Origin: Balneolales bacterium
Lineage (GTDB): Bacteria; Bacteroidota; Rhodothermia; Balneolales; Natronogracilivirgulaceae
Assembly (NCBI GenBank): GCA_007131535.1
Contig: SLQI01000277.1
Location: 1 to 37,947, forward strand
Direction: 5' to 3'
Length of the DNA stretch: 37,947 nucleotides
The notes beneath the pieces are model-generated. The model searched no databases and was not told the DNA's origin. It saw only the letters and a list, made by a program, of their open reading frames with translations. This document shows positions 25,863 to 35,954 of this stretch, one piece after another. Position numbers and translations under genes: made by a program. Each line of letters begins with the position of its first letter. The first letter of the stretch is position 1.

Positions 25863-26414
25863 TTGATCATCAACGGGCTTGCATTTCTTGCCCTCAACTC
25901 ACCCGGCATTGGTGAGTTTTTATTGTTTAATATGGCATTGTGGCCGCCGCAAACCGGCAATTTCTGGCCCTGGCAGCTGGTTACCTACATGTTCCTCCAC
26001 GGAGGGATGCTGCATATTTTTTTCAACCTTTTTGTCCTTTGGATGTTCGGCATGCAGATTGAAAACTTGTGGGGCACCCGGCGTTTTGTAATCTATTATT
26101 TTGTAACAGGCATAGGTGCCGGTATCCTGCACTTATTATTGGCTGCCGGGGGAGTTCCAACCGTTGGCGCTTCCGGTGCGGTTTTTGGTGTTCTGTTGGC
26201 TTTCGGAATGATGTTTCCCAACCGGGAGATTATGTTGATATTTTTACCCATACCGATCAAGGCAAAATATTTCGTTGTTATGATCGGGGCATTTGAGCTT
26301 TTGGCCGGCGTTTCCGGTCTGCAAACCGGCATTGCCCATTTTGCTCACCTCGGCGGCCTGGTAATCGGATATATTTTAATACGAATGTGGGGCATAAAAG
26401 GCGGTTATTCCTGA
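25863..26414 (+). CDS. Rhomboid-family intramembrane serine protease (paralog 1)
   Basis: Motifs are WQLVTYMFLHGGMLHIFFNLFVLWMFG, the catalytic GASGAVFGVL and AHFAHLGGLVIG. The called start is a TTG, and coding-like sequence continues upstream (see findings). Confidence 0.8.
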   Translation: MIINGLAFLALNSPGIGEFLLFNMALWPPQTGNFWPWQLVTYMFLHGGMLHIFFNLFVLWMFGMQIENLWGTRRFVIYYFVTGIGAGILHLLLAAGGVPTVGASGAVFGVLLAFGMMFPNREIMLIFLPIPIKAKYFVVMIGAFELLAGVSGLQTGIAHFAHLGGLVIGYILIRMWGIKGGYS

Positions 26415-26420
26415 TCCACT

Positions 26421-27281
26421 ATGTATCACGACGAATCTTTCGGTAGTGCTTTTAAACGCGGCTATAAGGCGATCCCGGTAGCTATCAGGACGATCATTAC
26501 CATTTGTGTGGTGATGTTTTTTCTGATGATTCTGGGCGGCCAGACTTTTGCCTCGTTTCTGGTGGAATATCTCGCCTTTATTCCGGATCCGATCATTACC
26601 GTTATGCAGCCATGGCGTTTGGTAACCTACATGTTTCTGCATGGCGGCTTTCTCCACATCATCTTCAATATGCTGTGGCTGTGGTGGATGGGGCGTCCGG
26701 TAGAAGAACAGCTGGGTCCGCGAAATTTTTTAGTGCTGTTTTTTGGTGCCGGTATAGGCGGCGCACTTATCAACACGGCACTGAGTGGCATCTTCGGGGT
26801 CGGACCCACCATCGGGGCCTCCGGAGCGGTACTGGGAATTATGGTCACATTCGCCGTAATGTTCCCGCGCATGCCGATTATGCTGATTTTCCTGCCCCCC
26901 ATTGAAGCGCGTTTTATCGTTGCCGGCCTGGTACTGATTGACCTGCTGCTGATCGGTCAGGCTGATAACATAGCCCGGGTTGTTCACCTCGGCGGAGCCT
27001 TAACTGGCTATATTCTGATCAAAATGTATTACCGCGGTTACCACTACGATTTGTGGATTGAACAGCTAACCAGACGATTTTCGCGGAAAGCCAAGCCCAA
27101 AGCGGCCCCGACCGGAGGAGCTCGCCGGAAAGATATGCATGCTGTTTCGGATGCCGAGGTACTCAATGAACAGGAAGAAGGTGAACTCGACCGAATTCTG
27201 GATAAAATATCCAAACAGGGCTATGAAGGCCTTACCGACAGGGAAAAGAAAATCCTGTTTGAACTGAGTAAAAGAAACTGA
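26421..27281 (+). CDS. Rhomboid-family intramembrane serine protease (paralog 2) with a charged C-terminal tail
   Basis: Motifs are WRLVTYMFLHGGFLHIIFNMLWLWWMG, GASGAVLGIM and VVHLGGALTGY. The tail reads ELDRILDKISKQGYEGLTDREKKILFELSK. It starts 6 nt after the stop of paralog 1. Confidence 0.85.
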   Translation: MYHDESFGSAFKRGYKAIPVAIRTIITICVVMFFLMILGGQTFASFLVEYLAFIPDPIITVMQPWRLVTYMFLHGGFLHIIFNMLWLWWMGRPVEEQLGPRNFLVLFFGAGIGGALINTALSGIFGVGPTIGASGAVLGIMVTFAVMFPRMPIMLIFLPPIEARFIVAGLVLIDLLLIGQADNIARVVHLGGALTGYILIKMYYRGYHYDLWIEQLTRRFSRKAKPKAAPTGGARRKDMHAVSDAEVLNEQEEGELDRILDKISKQGYEGLTDREKKILFELSKRN

Positions 27282-27383
27282 TGTCTATGCTCTTGCCGTT
27301 CGGCAATCCTTAGGTACTTCAAATTTATAACAACCCATTTTCCAATTCGTTTTCATGCGGATTTCCATCAATCAAAGAAGTTC

Positions 27384-28613
27384 ATGAATTCCATCAAGCG
27401 CAAAAAAACACATCAGGTTTATGTTGGTGGCGTACCGGTCGGCGGTGACGCGCCGGTAGTGGTACAATCGATGACCAACACCGATACGGCAGATATAGAT
27501 GCAACGGTTGATCAGATTATTCATCTGCATGATGCCGGCTCGGAGCTTGTTCGCATCACCGTTAATAATAAAGAAGCGGCCAAAGCGGTCCCCCATATTA
27601 TCGAAAAGCTCGATCAGAAAAACGTGGAGGTGCCGGTAATCGGGGATTTTCATTATAACGGGCATGTTTTACTGACGGAGTTCCCGGAGTGTGCGCGGGC
27701 GCTGTCTAAATTTCGGATCAATCCCGGAAATACCGGTACCAAAGGAAGGGATAAAAACTTCTGTACGATTATTGAGCAGGCGATTAAGTGGGATAAACCG
27801 GTGAGGATCGGAGTGAACTGGGGCTCCCTCGATCAGCAGCTGCTGGCCGAGCGGATGGATCGTAACAACGAACTGCCGGAGCCGAAATCCTCCAAAGAGG
27901 TGATGATGGATACGATGATGGAAAGTGCCACCCGGTCCACCAAGCTTGCCGAAGAGGTGGGGCTGTCCCCGGATAAAATAATCGTAAGCTGTAAGCTCTC
28001 CGGTGTTCCGGATCTGATCCATGCCTACAACCGGCTGGCCGATTTGATTGACTACCCGCTGCATCTTGGGCTGACCGAAGCCGGAATGGGGATGAAAGGG
28101 ATGGTAGCCAGTTCGGCGGGACTCTCGGTATTGCTGAATCAGGGTATCGGCGATACCATCCGCGTTTCGCTGACGCCGCAGCCGAATGGTGATCGCGCCG
28201 AGGAAGTGCGTGTTGCGCAACAGATATTGCAATCTATGGGCATCCGGAATTTTATCCCGCAGGTTACTGCCTGCCCGGGATGCGGCCGTACTTCGAGTAC
28301 CTACTTTCAAGAGCTGGCCGATGAAATTCATAATTATATTGTAGAGATGATGCCCATCTGGCGGGATGTGTATCCGGGCGTGGAAGATATGCACGTAGCC
28401 GTTATGGGATGTGTGGTGAACGGTCCCGGAGAATCGAAACATGCAAACATCGGGATCTCACTGCCCGGCACCTTTGAAGAGCCGAAAGCGCCGGTGTATA
28501 TAGACGGCAAACATCACATCACCCTCTCGGGTGATAACATCGGGGCGGAGTTCCGGAAGTTGCTGGATGATTACGTTGTGAAAAATTATAGTAAGGCGCC
28601 TGCTGAAGCTTAA
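27384..28613 (+). CDS. ispG: 4-hydroxy-3-methylbut-2-en-1-yl diphosphate synthase (IspG/GcpE)
   Basis: 409 aa. Motifs are [30 protein letters not shown] and the Fe-S Cys ligands in ACPGCGRT and [10 protein letters not shown]. Confidence 0.92.
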   Translation: MNSIKRKKTHQVYVGGVPVGGDAPVVVQSMTNTDTADIDATVDQIIHLHDAGSELVRITVNNKEAAKAVPHIIEKLDQKNVEVPVIGDFHYNGHVLLTEFPECARALSKFRINPGNTGTKGRDKNFCTIIEQAIKWDKPVRIGVNWGSLDQQLLAERMDRNNELPEPKSSKEVMMDTMMESATRSTKLAEEVGLSPDKIIVSCKLSGVPDLIHAYNRLADLIDYPLHLGLTEAGMGMKGMVASSAGLSVLLNQGIGDTIRVSLTPQPNGDRAEEVRVAQQILQSMGIRNFIPQVTACPGCGRTSSTYFQELADEIHNYIVEMMPIWRDVYPGVEDMHVAVMGCVVNGPGESKHANIGISLPGTFEEPKAPVYIDGKHHITLSGDNIGAEFRKLLDDYVVKNYSKAPAEA

Positions 28614-29120
28614 TGACAATTGAGGTTTGCCGGTAGTCTCAAAAGTTATTATTTGAAGTTGGCTGACTAATACATTTTATCTTCATCCCGGTTGTTTGGA
28701 ATCTGCCACGTAGCTGAGGTTCCCGACAAGTATGCCTGAATACCAGTCACTAAACCCGCATCCTGCCAATGGGTTAGCCTGACACGCAAATAGCTGAGCA
28801 TGTAACGGTTGGGCTATTCTGACAGTGATTGACGAAGCAGCAACCTTATAAACTAATTCATTAGTATGTTTACGAGTCGCCCTTCACCTCGAAATCCGGA
28901 ATGGTCAGATTTCTTGAGGATACTCTGATTAAAAAACTGAGGCAAAATAGTTACAGGGTGTTAAAGATTATTTATGGAGGTAAAATATTACAGAGTTTAT
29001 AGATTAGTGTATAAATCATAACAGGTTTTAACTCATGTAAAGTAATTTAGAGAGGGGGTGCCGGGTTGTAGTCGGTGAAAGAAGCGCACACTATATGACT
29101 GCGAATAAGGTACAGAATTT

Positions 29121-29630
29121 ATGACCCGGTATATTTACTACGTTACAGTTGCAACGGCAATCGGAATAATTTCAATGGTTGCTGTTAACTCATCACCGGC
29201 CAGCGAATTACTAAAACCCGACAGCGTGTATACGGATGCTTCGATAAATGTAACACCGGTAGAGTCGGGGCTGCATAGAGAAATGCCGTATACGATGAAT
29301 CATGATGATTCAGCTGCTCTTCTGGCATTGATGCAACAACCCATGGACGAGCCGGACGATGTGATCCTCACCCAAAATTTCCCAAACCCGTTCAATCCGG
29401 TGACGGCAATCTCCTACCAGCTGCCGGAAAGCTCAGAGGTTTCACTTAAGATTTACGACGTAACCGGTAGTGAGGTGATGCAACTGGTCGATGACAAACA
29501 ACCGGCTGGTAGTCATAGTGTAATACTTCGGGCAACGAATCTCACAAGCGGTACCTACTTGTACCGACTTGAAACCGAGGATACCGAGAGAACAAGGAAG
29601 ATGACTTTTATGAATTTGAGTAGCGAATGA
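29121..29630 (+). CDS. Very small T9SS cargo: signal/anchor, a passenger of about 60 aa, and a T9SS C-terminal sorting domain
   Basis: 169 aa. The N-terminal hydrophobic segment is YYVTVATAIGIISMVAVNS. The C-terminus, LTQNFPNPFNPVTAISYQLPESSEVSLKIYDVTGSEV...SGTYLYRLE...RKMTF, is a type-A CTD. Confidence 0.7.
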   Translation: MTRYIYYVTVATAIGIISMVAVNSSPASELLKPDSVYTDASINVTPVESGLHREMPYTMNHDDSAALLALMQQPMDEPDDVILTQNFPNPFNPVTAISYQLPESSEVSLKIYDVTGSEVMQLVDDKQPAGSHSVILRATNLTSGTYLYRLETEDTERTRKMTFMNLSSE

Positions 29631-29720
29631 ATCATCAACCGGTCCGCAAAGTCTTTATGACAGGTAAAAGTGAAGAGGTATTATGAGTTCTATTCAGTGT
29701 TAAAAAAATTTTTTTGTGAT

Positions 29721-29736
29721 ATGTAAGCGCTTACAT
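29721..29736. promoter_or_regulatory. Perfect 16-bp palindrome ATGTAAGCGCTTACAT, a LacI/GalR-family (cre-like) operator candidate
   Basis: Read directly. The core TGTAAGCGCTTACA fits the TGNAANCGNTNNCA-type LacI-family half-site symmetry with a central CG. It lies about 410 nt upstream of the susC-like ATG and is preceded by an A7T7 tract (29702-29715). Confidence 0.55.
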
Positions 29737-30142
29737 AAGCAGGTAGTGTTTTAGCACTATTGCAAAGCCTTCTGATACACTAATCCAGCATTTTACGGAT
29801 CAAAATGTCAAGGAGTTTATGATTTTAAATATGATCGAAAAAAATACTGCAGTTCTCAATCCTTATCCATCAACTATTAAGTTGAGCCTCTGCTTCAGCT
29901 TGCCTTGGAAAAGAAAGTAATGGTAGTAAGAGACGAGAGGAGGAAAGTTGCAGTCGGAAAAAGAACTTCAGACACAGACAGAAAACAATCTAATTTACTG
30001 CAGAACCTGAAGCAGAAATCCGGTAAGATGAAAACAAATATTAGTGCCGATGAAAAAAGAATAATCATTATGAAAAATAAAGATCGAAAGTCACACCAAC
30101 GTCACTCATTTAAATTGTTAAACTCCAAATGTATTAGATACT

Positions 30143-33139
30143 ATGTTTGAACGAAGCGGTATTTACGCATTCCTGTTCTTATTTATAGCGGCTACACCAT
30201 TTCTCACAGACAAGGGTGTAGTTACTGCACAGGATATAAATCTTGAAGGGCGTGTTATTGACGCCAATACAGAGGAGCCTCTCATAGGGGTTAATATTGA
30301 GGTTCTTGGAACAACGCGGGGAACAACTTCGGACCTCGATGGTAACTTTACACTAAGTGTATCTGAAGCGGATACCTTGCAGTTTTCCTATCTGGGCTAT
30401 CAGACTAAAGAAGTTCCCTTAGAAGGTCGCTCTTCCATAGAAGTGGAGCTTATGGATGAAGCGATTTATGGAGAAGAAGTCGTCTTTGTCGGTTACGGAA
30501 CACGAAGAGTGGAAGATAACACCGGTTCGATTAGCTCTATAAGTTCAGATGACTTTAATCCCGGTAGTATTCGCACACCCGAAGAGTTGATACAAGGAAG
30601 AGTACCCGGGGTGGATATCACCTCAGCTGACGGAGCTCCCGGCAGTGCGCCAACAGTCCGTATCCGGGGTGGTTCGTCACTTTCTGCAAGTAATGACCCC
30701 CTCTATGTAATTGATGATGTACCTATTGCAGCAGGCGGTGTTGCCGGAATGGCAAACCCGATGAACACCATTAATACCAGTGATATTGAGTCAATGAATG
30801 TGCTTAGGGATGCTTCCGCTACAGCCATTTACGGTTCAAGGGCTTCAAATGGGGTTATCGTTATACAAACAAAACGGGGACAAGTAGGCCGGCCGTTATC
30901 GATTAATTACAGTGGAAGTCTTTCGTATGAAACCCTGCAGGATCGTATTGAACCTCTCTCTGCGGATCAGTACCGAGAAGTGGTTGAGGATCAGGTTGAA
31001 GCCGGTGTATTTCGGGAAAGTGCGCTTGATATGATGGGCGATGCTGATACCGACTGGCAGGATCAGATTTTCAGAAATGTGGTCAGTCAAAATCACAACG
31101 TCAGCGTTTCCGGAGCGGTTGATCGGCTCCCGTTCCATGTTTCTTTGGGATTTACAGGAGACCGGGGGTTAGTTGAAACGTCTCAGAGCGATCGCCTGAC
31201 AGGCTCCATAAACCTATCACCGTCACTATTTGATGATCAACTGGATGTTGATTTCAATATCCGAGGCAGCCGGGTAGACAATCGCTTTGCCGACGATGTG
31301 GCCATTAATAATGCAATTTCTTTTGATCCCACCCAGCCGGTAACCGTAGATGATGGTGATTATGGGGATTATTTCGCATGGCTCACCAGCGGTGGTGTTC
31401 CGAATAATCTGGCGCCCGATAACCCGGTTGCGCAACTGGAGCAGCGACGTGATGAATCCGTTGTGAATCGTACTCTGGGTAATCTTAAGCTGGATTATAC
31501 TTTACCGTTCAATCAGGACCTGACGGCAACCATGAATCTCGGTTTTGATTATGCCAGTGTTGAAACCGGCAGAATCGAAGTGCCCGAAAATGCAGCTTTC
31601 GCATTTGAAAGCGAAGAGATTGCCGGGGAACAGACCGACTACGATGAAACCAGAGAAAATCAGGTACTGGATTTGTATCTGAACTATTCCTCCGATCTGG
31701 AAAATATAATGAGCAGTATAGATGCTACGGCCGGCTATTCCTGGGAGCATAATTATGAAGAAGGCTCAACCTTCTCCCGGTCGGCAAGCGATGAAGACCA
31801 GGTGTTCACTGATGTTGATTATCGTACAGAAAACTACCTGGTATCCTTTTTCGGCAGAGTCAATTACTCCTTTATGGATAGGTATCGGCTGACAGCCACC
31901 ATGCGGGCAGATGGCTCATCAAGGTTTGCCGAAGGTAACCGCTGGGGCTATTTCCCATCCATGGCATTGGCCTGGAGTCTGGATCAGGAATCATTCCTTG
32001 ATCAATATGAGGATTTGACAAATCTCACCCTGCGCTTGGGCTATGGTGTCACCGGTCAGCAGGAAATCCTTCAGGGGGATTACCCCTACCTCGCACGTTA
32101 TACCCGCGGCCAACCGGATGCCCGGTACCGTTTCGGCAATGAGTTCACCCGTACGCTGCGCCCGGAGGGCTTCGATGCCAATCTGCAGTGGGAGGAAACC
32201 ACAACATACAACATAGCTTTGGATTATGGTTTTTTCAATGACCGGCTGCGCGGCACGCTTGAAGCGTATCATCGTGAAACTGAAAATCTCCTGAATGAAA
32301 CCCCGATCCCGGGAGGCAGTAATTTTACCAACAGAATCATTTCGAATGTAGGGTCCCTTGAAGTTCAGGGATTGGAATTCGAAGTGACGGGTACGCCGGT
32401 AATAACTTCAGATACACGCTGGCAGCTGGGATTTAATCTGAGTCGCAATGTTAGTGAAATTACACAGCTAACCCTTCGGGAAGATCCTGACTTCCTCGGG
32501 GTAACCGTTGGTGATATTGCCGGCGGTACAGGAAACACAGTACAGCTGCATCGCTCCGGCGACCCGAGAAACATTTTCTTCCTCTATCAACAGGTATTTG
32601 ATGAACAAGGCAATCCGATTGAAGGTGCTTATGTAGATCAGGATGGCTCAGGCACAATTTCTGACCCCGGTGATATGCGTGCTTATGGAAGTCCCGAACC
32701 GGATGTAACCTTCGGTTTTTTTACCAATCTGGATTATCGGGGGTTTGATGCATCTATTTCTACCAGAGCGCAATTAGGTAATTATGTCTACAACAATGTA
32801 GCCTCGCAGTGGGGTTTTTATGATGAGATGGAATTTGACGGACAGTATCTGAGAAATGCTCCGGAGAGCATTAAAGAAACCAACTTCGTGCGTCCGCAAT
32901 ACCACTCGGACTATTACCTCGAGGATGCTTCATTTCTGAAGATAGATAACATATCTCTCGGCTATACCTTCGAGGATCTATTGGATACCCGCACATCGGC
33001 ACGCCTGTCTGCTACGGTTAATAATGTGTATACCTTTACAAATTACAGTGGACTGGACCCTGAAATGTTCGGGGGAATTGACGGGGTGATCTATCCAAGG
33101 CCACGCACCTTTGAAATGGGTGTTGACCTCAGTTTTTAA
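30143..33139 (+). CDS. SusC/RagA-family TonB-linked outer-membrane transporter
   Basis: 998 aa. The N-terminus has a carboxypeptidase-regulatory-like domain (GRVIDANTEEPLIGVNIEVLGTTRGTTSDLDGNF). The plug motif is YGSRASNGVIVIQTKRG. A long barrel follows and ends in a terminal F. Confidence 0.9.
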   Translation: MFERSGIYAFLFLFIAATPFLTDKGVVTAQDINLEGRVIDANTEEPLIGVNIEVLGTTRGTTSDLDGNFTLSVSEADTLQFSYLGYQTKEVPLEGRSSIEVELMDEAIYGEEVVFVGYGTRRVEDNTGSISSISSDDFNPGSIRTPEELIQGRVPGVDITSADGAPGSAPTVRIRGGSSLSASNDPLYVIDDVPIAAGGVAGMANPMNTINTSDIESMNVLRDASATAIYGSRASNGVIVIQTKRGQVGRPLSINYSGSLSYETLQDRIEPLSADQYREVVEDQVEAGVFRESALDMMGDADTDWQDQIFRNVVSQNHNVSVSGAVDRLPFHVSLGFTGDRGLVETSQSDRLTGSINLSPSLFDDQLDVDFNIRGSRVDNRFADDVAINNAISFDPTQPVTVDDGDYGDYFAWLTSGGVPNNLAPDNPVAQLEQRRDESVVNRTLGNLKLDYTLPFNQDLTATMNLGFDYASVETGRIEVPENAAFAFESEEIAGEQTDYDETRENQVLDLYLNYSSDLENIMSSIDATAGYSWEHNYEEGSTFSRSASDEDQVFTDVDYRTENYLVSFFGRVNYSFMDRYRLTATMRADGSSRFAEGNRWGYFPSMALAWSLDQESFLDQYEDLTNLTLRLGYGVTGQQEILQGDYPYLARYTRGQPDARYRFGNEFTRTLRPEGFDANLQWEETTTYNIALDYGFFNDRLRGTLEAYHRETENLLNETPIPGGSNFTNRIISNVGSLEVQGLEFEVTGTPVITSDTRWQLGFNLSRNVSEITQLTLREDPDFLGVTVGDIAGGTGNTVQLHRSGDPRNIFFLYQQVFDEQGNPIEGAYVDQDGSGTISDPGDMRAYGSPEPDVTFGFFTNLDYRGFDASISTRAQLGNYVYNNVASQWGFYDEMEFDGQYLRNAPESIKETNFVRPQYHSDYYLEDASFLKIDNISLGYTFEDLLDTRTSARLSATVNNVYTFTNYSGLDPEMFGGIDGVIYPRPRTFEMGVDLSF

Positions 33140-33167
33140 ACGAATTTTTCAAAAAGCGGAAACTATT

Positions 33168-34736
33168 ATGTTTGATATCAGAAAATTAATACTGCTGTTT
33201 ACGCTATTGTTTGCAGCAACTACCATATGGACTTCCTGCATTGATGATCTGTCTACCTCGCCAATTGATGACCGGGAGCTGACCTCCGAGGAAGTTTATG
33301 ATGATCCCGAAAATTATCGGGAAGTTCTTGCGAAAATATATGCAGGGTTGGCAGTTACCGGACAGGAGGGTCCGGCAGGTGATCCGGATATTGATGGAAT
33401 TGATGAGGGAATGTCTGATTACCTGCGCTCATACTGGGTACACCAGGAACTTGCTGCCGATCTGGCTGTAAATGGCTGGGATGATCCCGGGCTGCCCCAA
33501 TTCAACTTTCAGGGCTGGGGAGCCGGGAACGACTTTGTCATGGGAATGTACAGCCGAATCTTTTTCCAAATCCCCCTGGCTAATGAGTTCATTCGGAATG
33601 CTCAGAATGAAGAAGATCAGATTATCCTTGAATACAATGCGGAAGCTCGTTTTCTGCGGGCATTAAGCTACTGGCATGCGCTGGATTTATTCGGCGGGGC
33701 CACTCCGTTTGTGGATGAAGAAGATGAAATCGGCGCGTTTGAGCCGGAGCCCATCAGTCCAGAAGAGCTTTTTGCATTTATTGAGTCTGAGCTGCTTGAA
33801 CTGGCAGACAGTGAGTATATGCACGATCCGCAAGAAAATGAGTACGGACGTGCAGACAGGGCCGCTGTCTGGACCCTCCTCTCCAAGCTCTACCTGAATG
33901 CCGAAACCTATATCGATGAGGCGATGTGGGATGAAGCAGCTACCTTTGCCGCTATGGTTATCGATGAAGGCGAATACACCCTGCACGATAATTACGAAGA
34001 GCTTTTTATGGCCGACAATGAAAATGCAGATGGGCTCATATTTGCCATCCCCTACGATGGCAACAATACCCAGACCTGGGGTGGAACGACTTTCCTGGTA
34101 AACGGCTCCATTGGAGGTTCGATGGATTCAGGTGATTTCGGAGTCTCCGAAGAATGGCAGGGGCACCGAACCACCCAGCAACTCGCGGATTTGTTCGACG
34201 ATGATGCCGGTATTGATAATGATGACCGAGCCTTGTTGCATACTGACGAACAAAACCGGGTTGTAGAAGATTACGGAACCTTTTCAGACGGCTACGGCGT
34301 GACCAAATGGAAAAATATAACCTCCGAGGGCGAGAGTGGTTCCCGTTCAGTTCATGTGGATACCGACTTTCCGATGTTCCGGCTTGCCGATGTTTATCTG
34401 ATGTATGCTGAGGCTGCCGTAAGAGGCGGCGGAGATGAAGGACGAGCGTTGGAGCTGGTCAATGACATCAGAGAGCGGGCCAACGTAGATCCTGTTGATG
34501 CCGGTGACCTTGACACGGACTTTATCCTGGACGAACGGGCTCGCGAATTATACTGGGAAGGACATAGGAGAACCGACCTGATCCGCCACGGCAAGTTTAC
34601 CGGTGATGACTATGTGTGGGCCTGGAAAGGAAATTCTATGGAAGGTACATCAATAAGTGATCATAAAAATGTATACCCGATCCCTTCCGCTGATATTACG
34701 GCTAACCCACAGCTGGAACAAAACCCGGGTTATTAA
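33168..34736 (+). CDS. SusD/RagB-family nutrient-binding lipoprotein
   Basis: The ATG at 33168 gives MFDIRKLILLFTLLFAATTIWTSC, which has a lipobox; the track start at 33111 is a TTG that overlaps susC. Motifs are ARFLRALSYWHALDLFG, FRLADVYLMYAEA and ERARELYWEGHRRTDLIRHGKF. Confidence 0.9.
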   Translation: MFDIRKLILLFTLLFAATTIWTSCIDDLSTSPIDDRELTSEEVYDDPENYREVLAKIYAGLAVTGQEGPAGDPDIDGIDEGMSDYLRSYWVHQELAADLAVNGWDDPGLPQFNFQGWGAGNDFVMGMYSRIFFQIPLANEFIRNAQNEEDQIILEYNAEARFLRALSYWHALDLFGGATPFVDEEDEIGAFEPEPISPEELFAFIESELLELADSEYMHDPQENEYGRADRAAVWTLLSKLYLNAETYIDEAMWDEAATFAAMVIDEGEYTLHDNYEELFMADNENADGLIFAIPYDGNNTQTWGGTTFLVNGSIGGSMDSGDFGVSEEWQGHRTTQQLADLFDDDAGIDNDDRALLHTDEQNRVVEDYGTFSDGYGVTKWKNITSEGESGSRSVHVDTDFPMFRLADVYLMYAEAAVRGGGDEGRALELVNDIRERANVDPVDAGDLDTDFILDERARELYWEGHRRTDLIRHGKFTGDDYVWAWKGNSMEGTSISDHKNVYPIPSADITANPQLEQNPGY

Positions 34737-34763
34737 TCAGGACCCCAAAACGGAAGAAGAACA

Positions 34764-35837
34764 ATGAGATTAACAGGTTTTATAACACTATTAGCAGCAA
34801 TAATATTTGTAATATCCTCCTGTGACCGGGATGACCACCCGGTCATGGATTCTGATCCTCAAGCGCCAGGCTTCACCTCAGACAATTTTGAAGGAGAACA
34901 TCTGGTGCTCAATGAAGAGGATGAGGATGAAGAGCTCCTGAGCCTCGAATGGTCAGAGGCGGAGTTCGGGTATGACGCGCCGGTGATGTACCATGTGCAA
35001 ATCAGCGAAATCGATGATGAGGAATTTGAAGATTCCCGGGAAGTTGCAAGTACGAATCAAACCGCAGCTTCTCTAACCGTCGGTGAAGTCAATGAAGCAC
35101 TCATTGCGCTGGGGTTGCCGGGAGAAGTAGAGGCGGACCTTCACGTAAGAGTAGTAGCTGAGGTAGATGGCGCGGATATCGAAGAGGTAGTGAGTGATCC
35201 CATCGCGTTCACTGCTACACCTTACACCGTTGAGCTTGAAATCGGAGAAGTTTATGTAGCAGGCAGCTTTCAGGAAGCAAGCGGTTATACCGCAGACTGG
35301 TCACCTGAAAATGCACCGGCATTGTATTCTTTTGCCGATGACGGCTTTTATGTCGGTTATGTCTATATGGCTGAAGAAGGCAACCTCTTTAAGATTACCC
35401 GGGAACCCAACTGGGAAGGTGGTGACTGGGGAATAGGTGAAGAAGAAGGCACCCTTGATGAAGAAGGTCCGGATATCCCGGCAGATGACCCCGGTTACTA
35501 CAGGTTTGAAGTGGATACCGACGATTTGACCTACGAAATGACCGATACCCAATGGGGTATTATTGGTGACGGCGCCAATGGTTGGGGCGATGACGACGAT
35601 ATCATGATGGAGTACGATTCCGAGGAACGAGTTTGGACTGCCGAAGCTCAACTCGAAGCGGGCGGAGATATTAAGTTCCGTGCTAACCAGGAATGGGAAA
35701 TCGACTACGGTGATGATGAAGGTAACCTCCAACTCGATGAAGGGGGTGCCGATATTGAAATTGAGGAAAGCGGTACTTATGAGGTGATCCTCAATCTCGG
35801 TGAAGCACCGTTTTCATATGAATTAAATATCAACTGA
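34764..35837 (+). CDS. SusE/SusF-like outer-membrane lipoprotein, very acidic
   Basis: Lipoprotein signal is MRLTGFITLLAAIIFVISSC. A SusE-N-like block is LSLEWSEAEFGYDAPVMYHVQIS. Sugar-binding-module-like blocks are WGIIGDGANGWGDD and IKFRANQEWEIDYG. It sits after susC/susD. Confidence 0.7.
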   Translation: MRLTGFITLLAAIIFVISSCDRDDHPVMDSDPQAPGFTSDNFEGEHLVLNEEDEDEELLSLEWSEAEFGYDAPVMYHVQISEIDDEEFEDSREVASTNQTAASLTVGEVNEALIALGLPGEVEADLHVRVVAEVDGADIEEVVSDPIAFTATPYTVELEIGEVYVAGSFQEASGYTADWSPENAPALYSFADDGFYVGYVYMAEEGNLFKITREPNWEGGDWGIGEEEGTLDEEGPDIPADDPGYYRFEVDTDDLTYEMTDTQWGIIGDGANGWGDDDDIMMEYDSEERVWTAEAQLEAGGDIKFRANQEWEIDYGDDEGNLQLDEGGADIEIEESGTYEVILNLGEAPFSYELNIN

Positions 35838-35850
35838 TTATATAATTCTG

Positions 35851-35954
35851 TCCGGGGATTTCTCCGGTTATCTCATTTGGAATCCAGCTTTGGTAATTCA
35901 AATCTAATTGGATGGATTAGTTTAAGCTGGCCCGGAGAAACCCCTGGTTTTTTT
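35851..35954 (+). terminator. Long-stem terminator candidate after the susE-like gene
   Basis: TCCGGGGATTTCTCCGG (35851-35867) pairs with CCGGAGAAACCCCTGG (35932-35947). That is about 15 bp with one mismatch and one G-U pair. The stem encloses a 64-nt structured loop and is followed by T7 (35948-35954). Confidence 0.45.

Noticed and set aside
27669-28442. 257-aa minus-strand ORF
   Set aside because: It is antisense to ispG, whose identity is unambiguous, so it is a shadow ORF.
29905-30150. 81-aa Lys/Arg-rich ORF overlapping the susC start
   Set aside because: It is an A-rich leader sequence translated into poly-K/R with an alternative start codon. It overlaps the susC ATG and has no recognisable fold or motif.
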